Positions 9,634 through 18,588 of a stretch of DNA of 64,000 bases are shown here, piece by piece. The translations under genes were made by a program, and so were the position numbers. Each line of letters starts with the position of its first letter. Within the stretch, counting starts at the first letter, position 1. The notes under the pieces were generated by a model. It worked only from the letters and a program-made list of their open reading frames with translations. It searched no databases and had not been told where the DNA came from. This DNA comes from a virus, in IMG/VR virus record IMGVR_UViG_3300006737_000030, positions 3,087-67,086 of that record; one strand, given 5' to 3'.

Positions 9634-9946
9634 GTCCTACGACAACACCGTTTTTCCAATCGGATCCAACCACCAGTATATCAGGTTTGATACATTCTAG
9701 CAAGTTTTCTAAACCCGACCTATTATTAAATGTGTGAACTATGTCAATACATTCAATAGCTTCTAACACAAATCTCCTATCTTCCATTGTAAAGATAGGT
9801 CTATCAAACCCTTTATCTAATGCCACCTTCTCATCAGAATCTATGGCAACTATTAAATAGTCACCAAGAGATTTTGCATATTGAAATAGTGCTATATGAC
9901 CTGGGTGAAGAACATCAAAACATCCATTAACAAAAACTATCTTCAT
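9548..9946 (-). CDS. Heptose-1-phosphate nucleotidyltransferase (HldE domain II / HldC-like, cytidylyltransferase fold)
   Basis: VNGCFDVLHPGH (HxGH), KG..RPI, PDILVVGSDW, GDYSTS C-terminal motif. Confidence 0.85.
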   Translation of the reverse strand: MKIVFVNGCFDVLHPGHIALFQYAKSLGDYLIVAIDSDEKVALDKGFDRPIFTMEDRRFVLEAIECIDIVHTFNNRSGLENLLECIKPDILVVGSDWKNGVVVGREHAKEVKFFERQGDYSTSRTIQGISYR

Positions 9947-11676
9947 TTAATGAACTTAATCTTCTTTGATACAACATTTGAATGGTCTATACTCTTATTA
10001 GGGACTTTAACTAACTTCCCAATCTCTGGAAGATACATGTATTCAATATCACTTTGACTTAATGTATCAAGTGCATCCTCAATAGTTTCGACCAAAGGAT
10101 CTCCCCCAAGATTAAAACTAGTGTTAAAGAGAATAGGTACATCTGTAATTTTCTCAAAAGCATCAATGAGATTATAGTAATGTTTATTTTCTTCTTTCGT
10201 TACAGTTTGAATACGACATGTACCATCAACATGAATTACTGATGGTATCTTCTCTTCAATACCTTCGTGACATTTAACAGCATACATCATAAATGGTGTC
10301 TTATCTCTTCCTTTGAGATCAAACCATTCATGGACTTTCTCTTCTTTAATAGAACACGCAAATGGTCTAAACCACTCTCTACGTTTAACCTTATTAACAA
10401 TATCTTTACCATCCTTAATGGTTGGATCAAATAGGATAGAACGATTACCTAAAGCACGGGGACCACCTTCTGATTTACCTTGAAATATAGTAACAATATT
10501 ACCTTCACGAATAAGTGCAGCAACATCATCATACGACACATCTTTTAATTCCAGATCTTTTATCTGATCTTCATAAGATTTTGGATCATATTGAGGACCA
10601 TAATATACTGATGTTCTATTTCTTGGTTTTGTGTCACCAGATTCCTTATAGTGAATATAATATGCTCCACCAACAGATGTACCACCATCATGTGATATAG
10701 GTTCACAGTAGATGTTTAAATTAGGGAAACGCTCCCAATACTTATAATTTGCTACACAGTTAAGACCATAACCACCAGAAATACAAATATTCTTTTCACC
10801 AGTTAAATCAACTGCTTTTTGAATAAGATCACACATACGATCAGATGATTGTTCTTGAATCTTATATGCTAAATCTTTTTGTAAATCAGTGTACTCTCCT
10901 TCTTTGTGTTTTTTAACATCATCCTTAAAAATCTTATATCTGTCAACATTTATTTCAGCAGCATTAGGATAAGTTGGGATAATTAAATTTCGATTACCCC
11001 ATTCTCCATTAAAAAATGATGGTATCTCATCATTTGGTTTACCATATGGAGCAAGACCCATAGTCTTACCTGCTTCAATAGCAGGGAATCCACAATATTT
11101 TGTTACTGCTTCATACATTTTAGTATGACCAGGATACTCTGTTAGGAATATATTATCTTTTAATTCATGAAAACCAATAGATGCTTTAGTACCCATGTGC
11201 TTATACACAACATCAAATATATTAGGATATTTTGTATGGAAAATAGTTTCAAATTCATATGATGTATCTGGACAATCTCCTACATCAAGAAAACTACCAG
11301 CACCATCAGCAACAACTGTTGCTGCAGTTTCAAATCCAGAATTAAAGAATGCAGCTGACGCATGCATTTCGTGATGAATTTCACAAATATGATGTAAATT
11401 AAATTTAAATTTCTTTCTTGCTAATTTTCTAACAAGTCCTGAATAAACATCTCCTCCACACCAATCAAGTTCAGGACCATTTTCATGTGTGTGACAAACC
11501 ACAAGATGATCAATTTTATCAACATAATCAAATACTTTAATTAATCCAGCAAGAGGTGCTCCATCATATTTTAATCTTGTCAATCTTTCTTCTTCTAGAT
11601 AGAAAATTATTTCTCCATCTATCATTAGTGTGGTACTGGAGTTATGACCACGGGCACACGATACAATAATACTCAT
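9943..11676 (-). CDS. O-carbamoyltransferase, CmcH/NodU/TobZ family
   Basis: EEERLTR, HHEMHA, DGAG, GKTMGLAPYG, SGGYGLNCVAN, GPRALGNRSIL, KRREWFRPFA, HVDGTCRIQT, NTSFN. Confidence 0.93.
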   Translation of the reverse strand: MSIIVSCARGHNSSTTLMIDGEIIFYLEEERLTRLKYDGAPLAGLIKVFDYVDKIDHLVVCHTHENGPELDWCGGDVYSGLVRKLARKKFKFNLHHICEIHHEMHASAAFFNSGFETAATVVADGAGSFLDVGDCPDTSYEFETIFHTKYPNIFDVVYKHMGTKASIGFHELKDNIFLTEYPGHTKMYEAVTKYCGFPAIEAGKTMGLAPYGKPNDEIPSFFNGEWGNRNLIIPTYPNAAEINVDRYKIFKDDVKKHKEGEYTDLQKDLAYKIQEQSSDRMCDLIQKAVDLTGEKNICISGGYGLNCVANYKYWERFPNLNIYCEPISHDGGTSVGGAYYIHYKESGDTKPRNRTSVYYGPQYDPKSYEDQIKDLELKDVSYDDVAALIREGNIVTIFQGKSEGGPRALGNRSILFDPTIKDGKDIVNKVKRREWFRPFACSIKEEKVHEWFDLKGRDKTPFMMYAVKCHEGIEEKIPSVIHVDGTCRIQTVTKEENKHYYNLIDAFEKITDVPILFNTSFNLGGDPLVETIEDALDTLSQSDIEYMYLPEIGKLVKVPNKSIDHSNVVSKKIKFIK

Positions 11677-11685
11677 AATTTTAAA

Positions 11686-12852
11686 TTAAGATTCTATATT
11701 ATTTTTTTCTAAAACTTTGTCAATAGATTTTTTAGATTTTGTTTTAACGGGTTTAACGTCAATAAGTTGATTAAAAGATTTTTTAGGTTTTCTGTGTGCT
11801 TTTGGAGCACCATCTTTTCTATTTGGAAAGTATTTTGGAATTACTTCGTCATCAAAATATGTATCACTTACTATAGCTTTTTTTGCATTTCCACCTTCTC
11901 CAATTGTATCCTGAATATCTTTTAAGATCTTATTTTTTATATCTTCTAATTCTGCCTTGGTATAATCCATACAAGTATCATTTTTTCTATCTGTCAACTC
12001 ACCATCCATTCCATCTATTCTAATTGGAGAATATTGTTTAGGGTTATTCTCTTTTTCTACAATATTAAAATGTTCTGGATAAGATATATTTTCTGCAAAT
12101 GTACTTCCGAGAATAACACTTCCTGGTTTATCAAAAGCATATGCCATATGCTGTCCACATGAATCTACACCAACAAAATAATCTGCTGCATCTATAATAC
12201 CAGCCCAGTGACGTAGATCGGCATCTACGTACATATTCTTATCGTTATCAAATTTAATTTCTGTCATAGAAATTACATTATAATATTTCCGAAGTCGTTC
12301 GGAAATATAAAAATAATCATCTGTACTTAAAGACCTGCTAGTTGGATCAACAACATGACCACCTTTGTGTTCTGTACCGTTTCTTCCAAATGGTTGAATA
12401 ACTATAGTTCTTTCCTTTCCCTGTTGCTTTATTACTTCAGCAATTATATCTTGTGCGTTTATTTCTTCGGTCTTCGATAAAATTATTTTTGGTTTTTCTA
12501 AATCTTCATGATCATCAGTACCATTAACGAGTTTATCAAAAGACTCTGTTAATGATTTTTCTTGATTATAATATCCATATTCCTGATATGGTTCTAAATT
12601 TATCAGGTTATTATCTTTGATAATATCTTTAAATAATCCTTTATGTGAAGGATCAAAAGATATATCTTGAAATTCTGTTCCTAGAAAAAACGGTAGTCCA
12701 GATTGAGAAACAATATAAAAACTATCTGGTCCATTTATTTTTAAATATTTTTGAAAAGCAGGTAATGCACATATAATTCTACCAGCACCACCACTAACCA
12801 TAAAAACTTTTTTTCTCGCTCTCGTGTTAGGAGAAGTTATTTCATCTTTCAT
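11686..12852 (-). CDS. GT-B glycosyltransferase, GT9 (heptosyltransferase)-like
   Basis: N-terminal SGGAGRIICALP, central IVIQPFG and C-terminal ADYFVGVDSCGQHMAYAFDKPGSVILG (compare GT9 DSG.MH.A.A...P.V.LFG). First gene of the heptose operon. Confidence 0.65.
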   Translation of the reverse strand: MKDEITSPNTRARKKVFMVSGGAGRIICALPAFQKYLKINGPDSFYIVSQSGLPFFLGTEFQDISFDPSHKGLFKDIIKDNNLINLEPYQEYGYYNQEKSLTESFDKLVNGTDDHEDLEKPKIILSKTEEINAQDIIAEVIKQQGKERTIVIQPFGRNGTEHKGGHVVDPTSRSLSTDDYFYISERLRKYYNVISMTEIKFDNDKNMYVDADLRHWAGIIDAADYFVGVDSCGQHMAYAFDKPGSVILGSTFAENISYPEHFNIVEKENNPKQYSPIRIDGMDGELTDRKNDTCMDYTKAELEDIKNKILKDIQDTIGEGGNAKKAIVSDTYFDDEVIPKYFPNRKDGAPKAHRKPKKSFNQLIDVKPVKTKSKKSIDKVLEKNNIES

Positions 12853-12872
12853 AAAAATATCTCACTTACCAT

Positions 12873-12880
12873 TATTTATA
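12873..12880 (-). promoter_or_regulatory. T4-type late promoter TATAAATA heading the glycosylation operon
   Basis: Exact motif 20 nt upstream of the 12852 ATG. Confidence 0.75.
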
Positions 12881-12884
12881 CAAG

Positions 12885-12914
12885 AATCCATGGAGCATTT
12901 CTGACCCATGGATT
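12885..12914 (-). terminator. Intergenic hairpin, possible weak terminator or processing stem
   Basis: Perfect 9-bp inverted repeat AATCCATGG (12885-12893) / CCATGGATT (12906-12914). Poor U-tract. Confidence 0.4.
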
Positions 12915-12938
12915 AAAGAAAACCGAATTATAACTTAA

Positions 12939-13301
12939 TTAATTTTTTGGATTATCGTCTTTTATTTTTTTAATTGCAGTATACCAAGCACCTGTTTTTG
13001 CATCTGCACCTAGTTTACCACCATCAATATCCCAAAAGAGTTGGTCTAGTTGGTCACCCATATCAGGATAGTTTCTAGCTTGTACATATGGTACTTGCCA
13101 TGTTTTTCCTAGAATTTCACACGCTCTTTCACTTAACTTACAAAAATCATCTAAATCAATTTCAGTAGTAAGATAATCTGTCCACTCATCAGCAGTTTCT
13201 ATTTCTTTACCTTTGAATCCACAAGGGGGGTATCCATGCTCGTTTAACTCACGACCACATTCTTCACTATACCACTTTAAATAAAATTCTGATTTGTTCA
13301 T
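12939..13301 (-). CDS. Putative tail-fibre assembly chaperone-like protein (120 aa)
   Basis: C-terminal Y...R..YP..GDQLD.L..DI...W...I..IK...PK pattern typical of small genes following fibre genes. Directly follows the Cys-rich fibre. Confidence 0.5.
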   Translation of the reverse strand: MNKSEFYLKWYSEECGRELNEHGYPPCGFKGKEIETADEWTDYLTTEIDLDDFCKLSERACEILGKTWQVPYVQARNYPDMGDQLDQLFWDIDGGKLGADAKTGAWYTAIKKIKDDNPKN

Positions 13302-13322
13302 GGTTTTCCTTTTTTACTATGT

Positions 13323-13330
13323 TATTTATT
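13323..13330 (-). promoter_or_regulatory. Late promoter variant AATAAATA
   Basis: ATAAATA core 21 nt upstream of the 13301 start, in AT-rich context. Confidence 0.45.
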
Positions 13331-13348
13331 TAAATAAAATTATGTTAA

Positions 13349-14191
13349 TTAAACAGGCAATCTACCGTATCCTATTACGGTTACTGTTGAGTGACAATTG
13401 AATGGGTTTGATCCACTAGGAGTAGAGAAACAGAATCCTTTCAAACATGCACCATGCATTCCACAACAAGGATAAGCATATCCTGAATTTCTAACACCAA
13501 TACAGCACATAGTACTGTCGCCGTTCATTGAAGTAGTGAAGCAATAGCGGAATCCTCTCTCGCCAGCACTACAAGGATTGTCTGATGAAATTCTATTATG
13601 CCACTGATAACCATTATATGAACATGCTGTCCTACAGTCACTGGAACATCCAATAGGCCATGCAATTGCTCCAGCACAAGTATACTGCCAAGAACCATTT
13701 GAACATTTGTTGTCTCCCATCCATCCACAAGAACAGTGTGCACAACAGTAACCAGCTTGGTATCCTGGTTGGCATCCAGGCCATGCCTCAAAACAATACG
13801 CCATTTGAGAGCAATAGTAGTAACCCTTTCCTGTCGTACCCATTATTTCGTAATGACTGAAAGCACCCCTCTTATCTGACGGGATAGCTACAGAACCATT
13901 CCAACAAGTGTTACATGCGTATAATATTTCAGGACCACCTGATGAACCACCAGCAGCAGTAACTGTTACTGCTCCAGTTGTTTGGTTTACTGAAATACCT
14001 GATCCAGCATTTACAGAATGAACAACACCTGTTAAGTTAGCACCCGATCCATTAGTACTTAATTTATTGGAGTTAATCGAACTTACTTCGTTATTAACGT
14101 AGGTACACAGGTCACTACAAGCAGAAGCAACTTTGGCATCTGCGTATTGTACTGTATTCCTTCCAGACGAATCGCCTTTAAATCTTGCCAT
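13349..14191 (-). CDS. Cysteine-rich short fibre / putative receptor-binding protein (280 aa)
   Basis: Fibre-like N-terminal stalk (GSGANLTG, VNAGSGISV..TG.VTV) and 25 Cys by manual count. Confidence 0.6.
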   Translation of the reverse strand: MARFKGDSSGRNTVQYADAKVASACSDLCTYVNNEVSSINSNKLSTNGSGANLTGVVHSVNAGSGISVNQTTGAVTVTAAGGSSGGPEILYACNTCWNGSVAIPSDKRGAFSHYEIMGTTGKGYYYCSQMAYCFEAWPGCQPGYQAGYCCAHCSCGWMGDNKCSNGSWQYTCAGAIAWPIGCSSDCRTACSYNGYQWHNRISSDNPCSAGERGFRYCFTTSMNGDSTMCCIGVRNSGYAYPCCGMHGACLKGFCFSTPSGSNPFNCHSTVTVIGYGRLPV

Positions 14192-14206
14192 TGTTAGTTC
14201 CTCTTA

Positions 14207-14524
14207 TCAAGCTGCTGATTCTAAACCGTAAACACTTACAGAAGTGTCTCCAGCAGAAGCATAAACTACGACTTTTTTACCAGCGTCAAGTACAACACCA
14301 GTTCTTTCCAGAACTCCTGTTGCTGTTATAGAAGTATTGTATTCGATAAACTCCTCGGTTTGAGGAGTGGATGCTGCAGCAAGAGCAACCCTTGCGGTTA
14401 CAGCACTTCCACTTCGATTTACTACACTAATGTTTACAACCGCCACAGTTGAAGCAGGTACTGTATAAACAACAGTATTAGTAGTTGCTGCTGGGGCAGA
14501 TTGCCCTAATATTCCAGATGCCAT
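14207..14524 (-). CDS. Small structural adaptor-like protein (105 aa)
   Basis: Compact beta-rich ORF homologous to two domains of the 6019-7149 protein. RBS-like GGAAAGAG upstream. Confidence 0.65.
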   Translation of the reverse strand: MASGILGQSAPAATTNTVVYTVPASTVAVVNISVVNRSGSAVTARVALAAASTPQTEEFIEYNTSITATGVLERTGVVLDAGKKVVVYASAGDTSVSVYGLESAA

Positions 14525-14547
14525 GGGTTATCTCTTTCCTATATTAA

Positions 14548-14555
14548 TATTTAGT
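14548..14555 (-). promoter_or_regulatory. Late promoter variant ACTAAATA
   Basis: TAAATA core 23 nt upstream of the 14524 start. Confidence 0.4.
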
Positions 14556-14594
14556 GAATTTATTTGTTTCGTTAATTAGACAAAGGGTATGAGA

Positions 14595-17500
14595 TTAACT
14601 CATACCGTAGAAGAAACCATCTTTGGCTGCTGCTGCATTTTCGTTGTCAACATAAGTCTTGGTTGCTTTCTGTGTAGGGCATTTGTTATTGCTGTTAGCA
14701 GATAGTGTAACATCAGATGAGAATTCACTGATGCTCTCACCAATTTGAGCACCAATAGAACCCAATCTCAAACTGGATAGACCAGATAGATCGAATGAAG
14801 ATGCATTCAAGGTTGTTGCACCAGTTGCCTGATTAACCTTAAAGTAACGACCAACCTTGAAGTTACCATCTTGGTCAGTAGATACATAGAAGACTCTTCC
14901 AGGGAAATCTTCAGTAACTTCATTACCAGGTGCAGGAGCTTGGTTTGGTGTACCAGGGAAGTTGGTTTGTGATTTGGATCCACAACCAATATCCAAGAAG
15001 TCATGACCTGTTAGACGTACTTGAGAATACAAGTACCTAATCTTTGTGGCCTGTCTATCAAATGAATCAGCGGCTTTTTCTTCAGCAAGTACAATGGTAG
15101 TTAAACCAGTTGTTATTGTAGCTGAAGATGTAACACGGAAGAATTCATTATCAATCTTAAGGAAATCATCTACATCAACTCCTGCTGCTGATTCAACAAG
15201 AACTATTGTTTCTGCAGCATCGATATCTCTGGCAGTATCTGTTTGTGTTGCTGCTTTGGTTGAAATACCGAAAACAGTAATTCCATCAGAGTGAGCAGTA
15301 GCAGTTGTTCCTTCAGCACCTCTATTTACTGTGCAACTAGTTGATGATGGGAAAGTAACAACTTCCATTATTTCATCACCAACAACCATAAATCCACCAG
15401 TATCTAGATTACTAATACTGGAAACAGTAATAGTAGTTGTTGTAGCATCAGCAACTGCAGCACCCAATGTTAGGTCTCCTTTATATGCATAACGAATAAT
15501 ATTAGTCAAACCATCATGTGCAGCTGCAGTTGAACTCAATGCTCCTCTAGTAACTCCAAGATTACCACGTCCATTTGCTGGACTAAACGAAGAATTAGCA
15601 ACCACATATGTAAATGTATCTGCACCAGCACCACCAGCACCAGTTACAAATTCAAGAGAACCACCAACAGTAGGTGCTTCTGATAGACCACCTAATGTTA
15701 TAGTAAATCCATCTTGACCTTTTTGTGCGTCAGAATTATTAAGCAAAGTACAAGAAGCACCAGATGTAGAACCTGTTACAATTTCATTTTGAGTGAAAGT
15801 ACCTTTTAAAGCACGATATAGAAGAGTATTAGAACTTGGTTGATGACTTAATATTTCTCCAATAGCACCTGATGTACCTCCAACAATTTGTTCATCTGTC
15901 TCAAACTCAAGTGGAGGAGAGGAAAGTGTAAGAGGATCATATGTTAATGCTTCTCCATCTACAAAACCATCAATTGTTGTTTCTGTCTGGTTGAATCCAG
16001 CAGAAACAATACCATATGTACCCCAAGAACTGTTACCAGCAAGAGAACGAATCTGACCACCATCAGTTGCACAGTAAGAAATATGTGCATAATAAGTGAA
16101 GCAAGAAACAATTTCTGCATAACTGTTACCAGTAACCCAGAATCCTACACCAGAACCTGTCCCTGTACTATGAATTTGTGAGTAAGAGTCAAACAACATT
16201 GTCTTGTTAGATGGTGTTGCATCACTATCATACTTATCATGAACACTACCATCAACAATTGCTCCAACTCCACCATCAGAGAAGCAAGAACACTGTGAAA
16301 CATATGGTGATTTAAGTGTTTTTGAATTAGGATTTAGACGTAAGAATACACCTTTAATTGTAGCAGTATGTAGATCTTTAGGATCAGAAACTGATGGTAC
16401 AAAACCAGCCATTCCATCCATAACAAGATCCTTCATCATTGTCTTGTTACTTAAGTAGAACAATGTAGAATGTTCGTTAAGAATAGGTGATTGAGCACTA
16501 ACAGCAACTCCACTAGCACCATCATCAAATGTATCATTAGTATTCCAGTTGCCACCTTTAGTTGGCTTAAGAACTAATTTTGTACCTGCTTGTAAATCAT
16601 CAAGAACCATAGCTTCTTTGTTTGCTATGCCAACATTAACAGTAATGTTATCTGAATCTACAACAGTAACTGCTAAAGCAGTAGCATGAGCAGGGTCTGT
16701 AGCACGAGGATATGTATGCTGTGTACCATGTGAATCTCTAGCACAAGTAAATGTTAATGCGTTAGCAGCAATAGTAACTGTGTTAGCAGCATTTAAACCA
16801 TGTCCAGCACTAGTTATTGTTAATACACCAGTATCAGGATCATAGGCAGCAGTATCAACATTCTTTGTACCAGCACCAGTTACAGATAATGCATTAGCAG
16901 CAGCAGATACAAATGTGTGAGCTCCCTGTTGACCATTAGTAACAGTTTCTCCACGAACACGTGAAGAAGCAACAGGAGCTGAAGCAAGTGTAACCTCTTG
17001 TGTAGAACTATTATTACCAGCATCAGGCTTAATAACTGTAGTTCTCATGTTGTCTCCAACAATCGAAACAAATTCAGGAACAGTCATCGGCAAGGTTTCT
17101 TCGTAAGTACCTGCCTTCACATAAATTGTTGCTGGACCTGTAACAGTATCAGTAGCATGACGAATTGTTTTAAATGCTTGTGTTATGTTTTCACCAGTAT
17201 TGGTATCACTACCGTCTGGTGTAACATAGAAAACCTTTTGTGTAACTGAATTGTTCTTCCATGCAGGGTATCCACCTTCTACAGTAAGAACTTGACCATT
17301 AGTTCCTACAGGTAGTCTTGTAGAACCAGCACCACTAACATAAAGAATGTCACCTGGATCTGTTAGAACGTTTGATTGAGCACCTTGTGTTAGTGGATTC
17401 CAGTAATCTCCATTAACATCATTTTCAGGTTCCTCGTTTGTATTTGCAGCAACACTGATATATGAATGACTTAATCGTGAAATACAATCGCCAGGATTGT

Positions 17501-18185
17501 AAGCAGTCGCAGCATCCCAATTACCTCTCCACGTGAAACCTCCAACTATGAAGTCCCAGTTGTTATTAACTGAAGTAGGTTGTGAATTAGTATTTGTAGA
17601 TTTAGCAGCGTAAGAATTACCACCAAGTAATACAACGTCACCTGGTTTATAGGTAGTAGTATTATCCCAGTTACCAACAACTTTAAATCCAGTTGTTAGG
17701 ATTTCCCAGTTAACATCAATACTAGTATTAGGTGCTATTCCAATATTAGTTGTTTTAGAAACGTATGTATAACCACCAAATACTACAATATCACCTACTT
17801 GGTACTCTGTACCAACTACCCACGAATCTTCAAACTTAAGACCAGAAACATAGGAAACAAAATTTCCACTAGCAAATGTAGCAGAAGAAGTGTGACCAGT
17901 AGTACATCTGTACTGATCGTTACCGTACTTAACGATATCGTTAAGTTTGTAGAAAATACTTACTCCTGACCAATCACCTTTTAATGCTATTCCTTCTGTG
18001 TGTAACTGCCATTTATTAAGATCAGTAATATACCAATCAGTTTCTAGCGATACGGAGGTGTGGTTGGTTGTACAAACATAAGTATTGGCACCGAACTTTA
18101 CAATATCGTCGATGACATATGCAGAGGCACCAGTCCAGTCACCCCTCCAATTAAACTTAAGTCTGCCGAGTCTAAAATCTGCCAT
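14595..18185 (-). CDS. Tail fibre/spike-like protein (1196 aa): N-terminal CBM5/12-like W-Y-GD-GG repeats followed by a beta-helix-like region
   Basis: About six repeats W...T.Y..GD.V..GG..Y. YVTPDGSDTNTG...AFKTI..A...TIYVKAGTYEE..P...VSIVGD.R pectin-lyase-like N-cap. Confidence 0.7.
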   Translation of the reverse strand: MADFRLGRLKFNWRGDWTGASAYVIDDIVKFGANTYVCTTNHTSVSLETDWYITDLNKWQLHTEGIALKGDWSGVSIFYKLNDIVKYGNDQYRCTTGHTSSATFASGNFVSYVSGLKFEDSWVVGTEYQVGDIVVFGGYTYVSKTTNIGIAPNTSIDVNWEILTTGFKVVGNWDNTTTYKPGDVVLLGGNSYAAKSTNTNSQPTSVNNNWDFIVGGFTWRGNWDAATAYNPGDCISRLSHSYISVAANTNEEPENDVNGDYWNPLTQGAQSNVLTDPGDILYVSGAGSTRLPVGTNGQVLTVEGGYPAWKNNSVTQKVFYVTPDGSDTNTGENITQAFKTIRHATDTVTGPATIYVKAGTYEETLPMTVPEFVSIVGDNMRTTVIKPDAGNNSSTQEVTLASAPVASSRVRGETVTNGQQGAHTFVSAAANALSVTGAGTKNVDTAAYDPDTGVLTITSAGHGLNAANTVTIAANALTFTCARDSHGTQHTYPRATDPAHATALAVTVVDSDNITVNVGIANKEAMVLDDLQAGTKLVLKPTKGGNWNTNDTFDDGASGVAVSAQSPILNEHSTLFYLSNKTMMKDLVMDGMAGFVPSVSDPKDLHTATIKGVFLRLNPNSKTLKSPYVSQCSCFSDGGVGAIVDGSVHDKYDSDATPSNKTMLFDSYSQIHSTGTGSGVGFWVTGNSYAEIVSCFTYYAHISYCATDGGQIRSLAGNSSWGTYGIVSAGFNQTETTIDGFVDGEALTYDPLTLSSPPLEFETDEQIVGGTSGAIGEILSHQPSSNTLLYRALKGTFTQNEIVTGSTSGASCTLLNNSDAQKGQDGFTITLGGLSEAPTVGGSLEFVTGAGGAGADTFTYVVANSSFSPANGRGNLGVTRGALSSTAAAHDGLTNIIRYAYKGDLTLGAAVADATTTTITVSSISNLDTGGFMVVGDEIMEVVTFPSSTSCTVNRGAEGTTATAHSDGITVFGISTKAATQTDTARDIDAAETIVLVESAAGVDVDDFLKIDNEFFRVTSSATITTGLTTIVLAEEKAADSFDRQATKIRYLYSQVRLTGHDFLDIGCGSKSQTNFPGTPNQAPAPGNEVTEDFPGRVFYVSTDQDGNFKVGRYFKVNQATGATTLNASSFDLSGLSSLRLGSIGAQIGESISEFSSDVTLSANSNNKCPTQKATKTYVDNENAAAAKDGFFYGMS

Positions 18186-18198
18186 GTTGTTTTCCTAA

Positions 18199-18588
18199 TT
18201 ATTTGGGGCCTTCGGTGGAATAATCATAATCTTCGTTAAATCTTATGCAGAAGTAGCCATCACTATCAATAAAGTACATAACTTTGCGGCTATCAAACCT
18301 ATACTGTTGGTATTTATCATGTGGATGATTCAAATGAGTTTTTTCTTCAGTTGTTTCATCTACATAATCATAAACTGCAGTAGAAAGATCTATATATGGG
18401 GTTCCATCTGTACGATGAAAATCTGCTGTTTCATTATGAATACTTCTGATTTTGGTATAGTTAAGCATACCATCAGCATCTCTTCGCAGTGCATGAATTG
18501 TAAAATCGTTTCCTAAAGTATAGCTATTATTAGAAGCAGTCATCCCACCTCCACTTTGTCTATTACTTTCGCTTATATACATCGTCAT
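18199..18588 (-). CDS. Hypothetical structural-region protein
   Basis: ORF in a continuous operon. ATG at 18588 gives a 4-nt overlap with the upstream stop. Confidence 0.6.
   Translation of the reverse strand: MTMYISESNRQSGGGMTASNNSYTLGNDFTIHALRRDADGMLNYTKIRSIHNETADFHRTDGTPYIDLSTAVYDYVDETTEEKTHLNHPHDKYQQYRFDSRKVMYFIDSDGYFCIRFNEDYDYSTEGPK

Noticed and set aside
7223-12852. Bacterial LPS locus, i.e. host chromosome or contig chimera
   Set aside because: Same AT-rich composition, T4 late promoter, compact overlapping genes, and phage structural genes on both sides.
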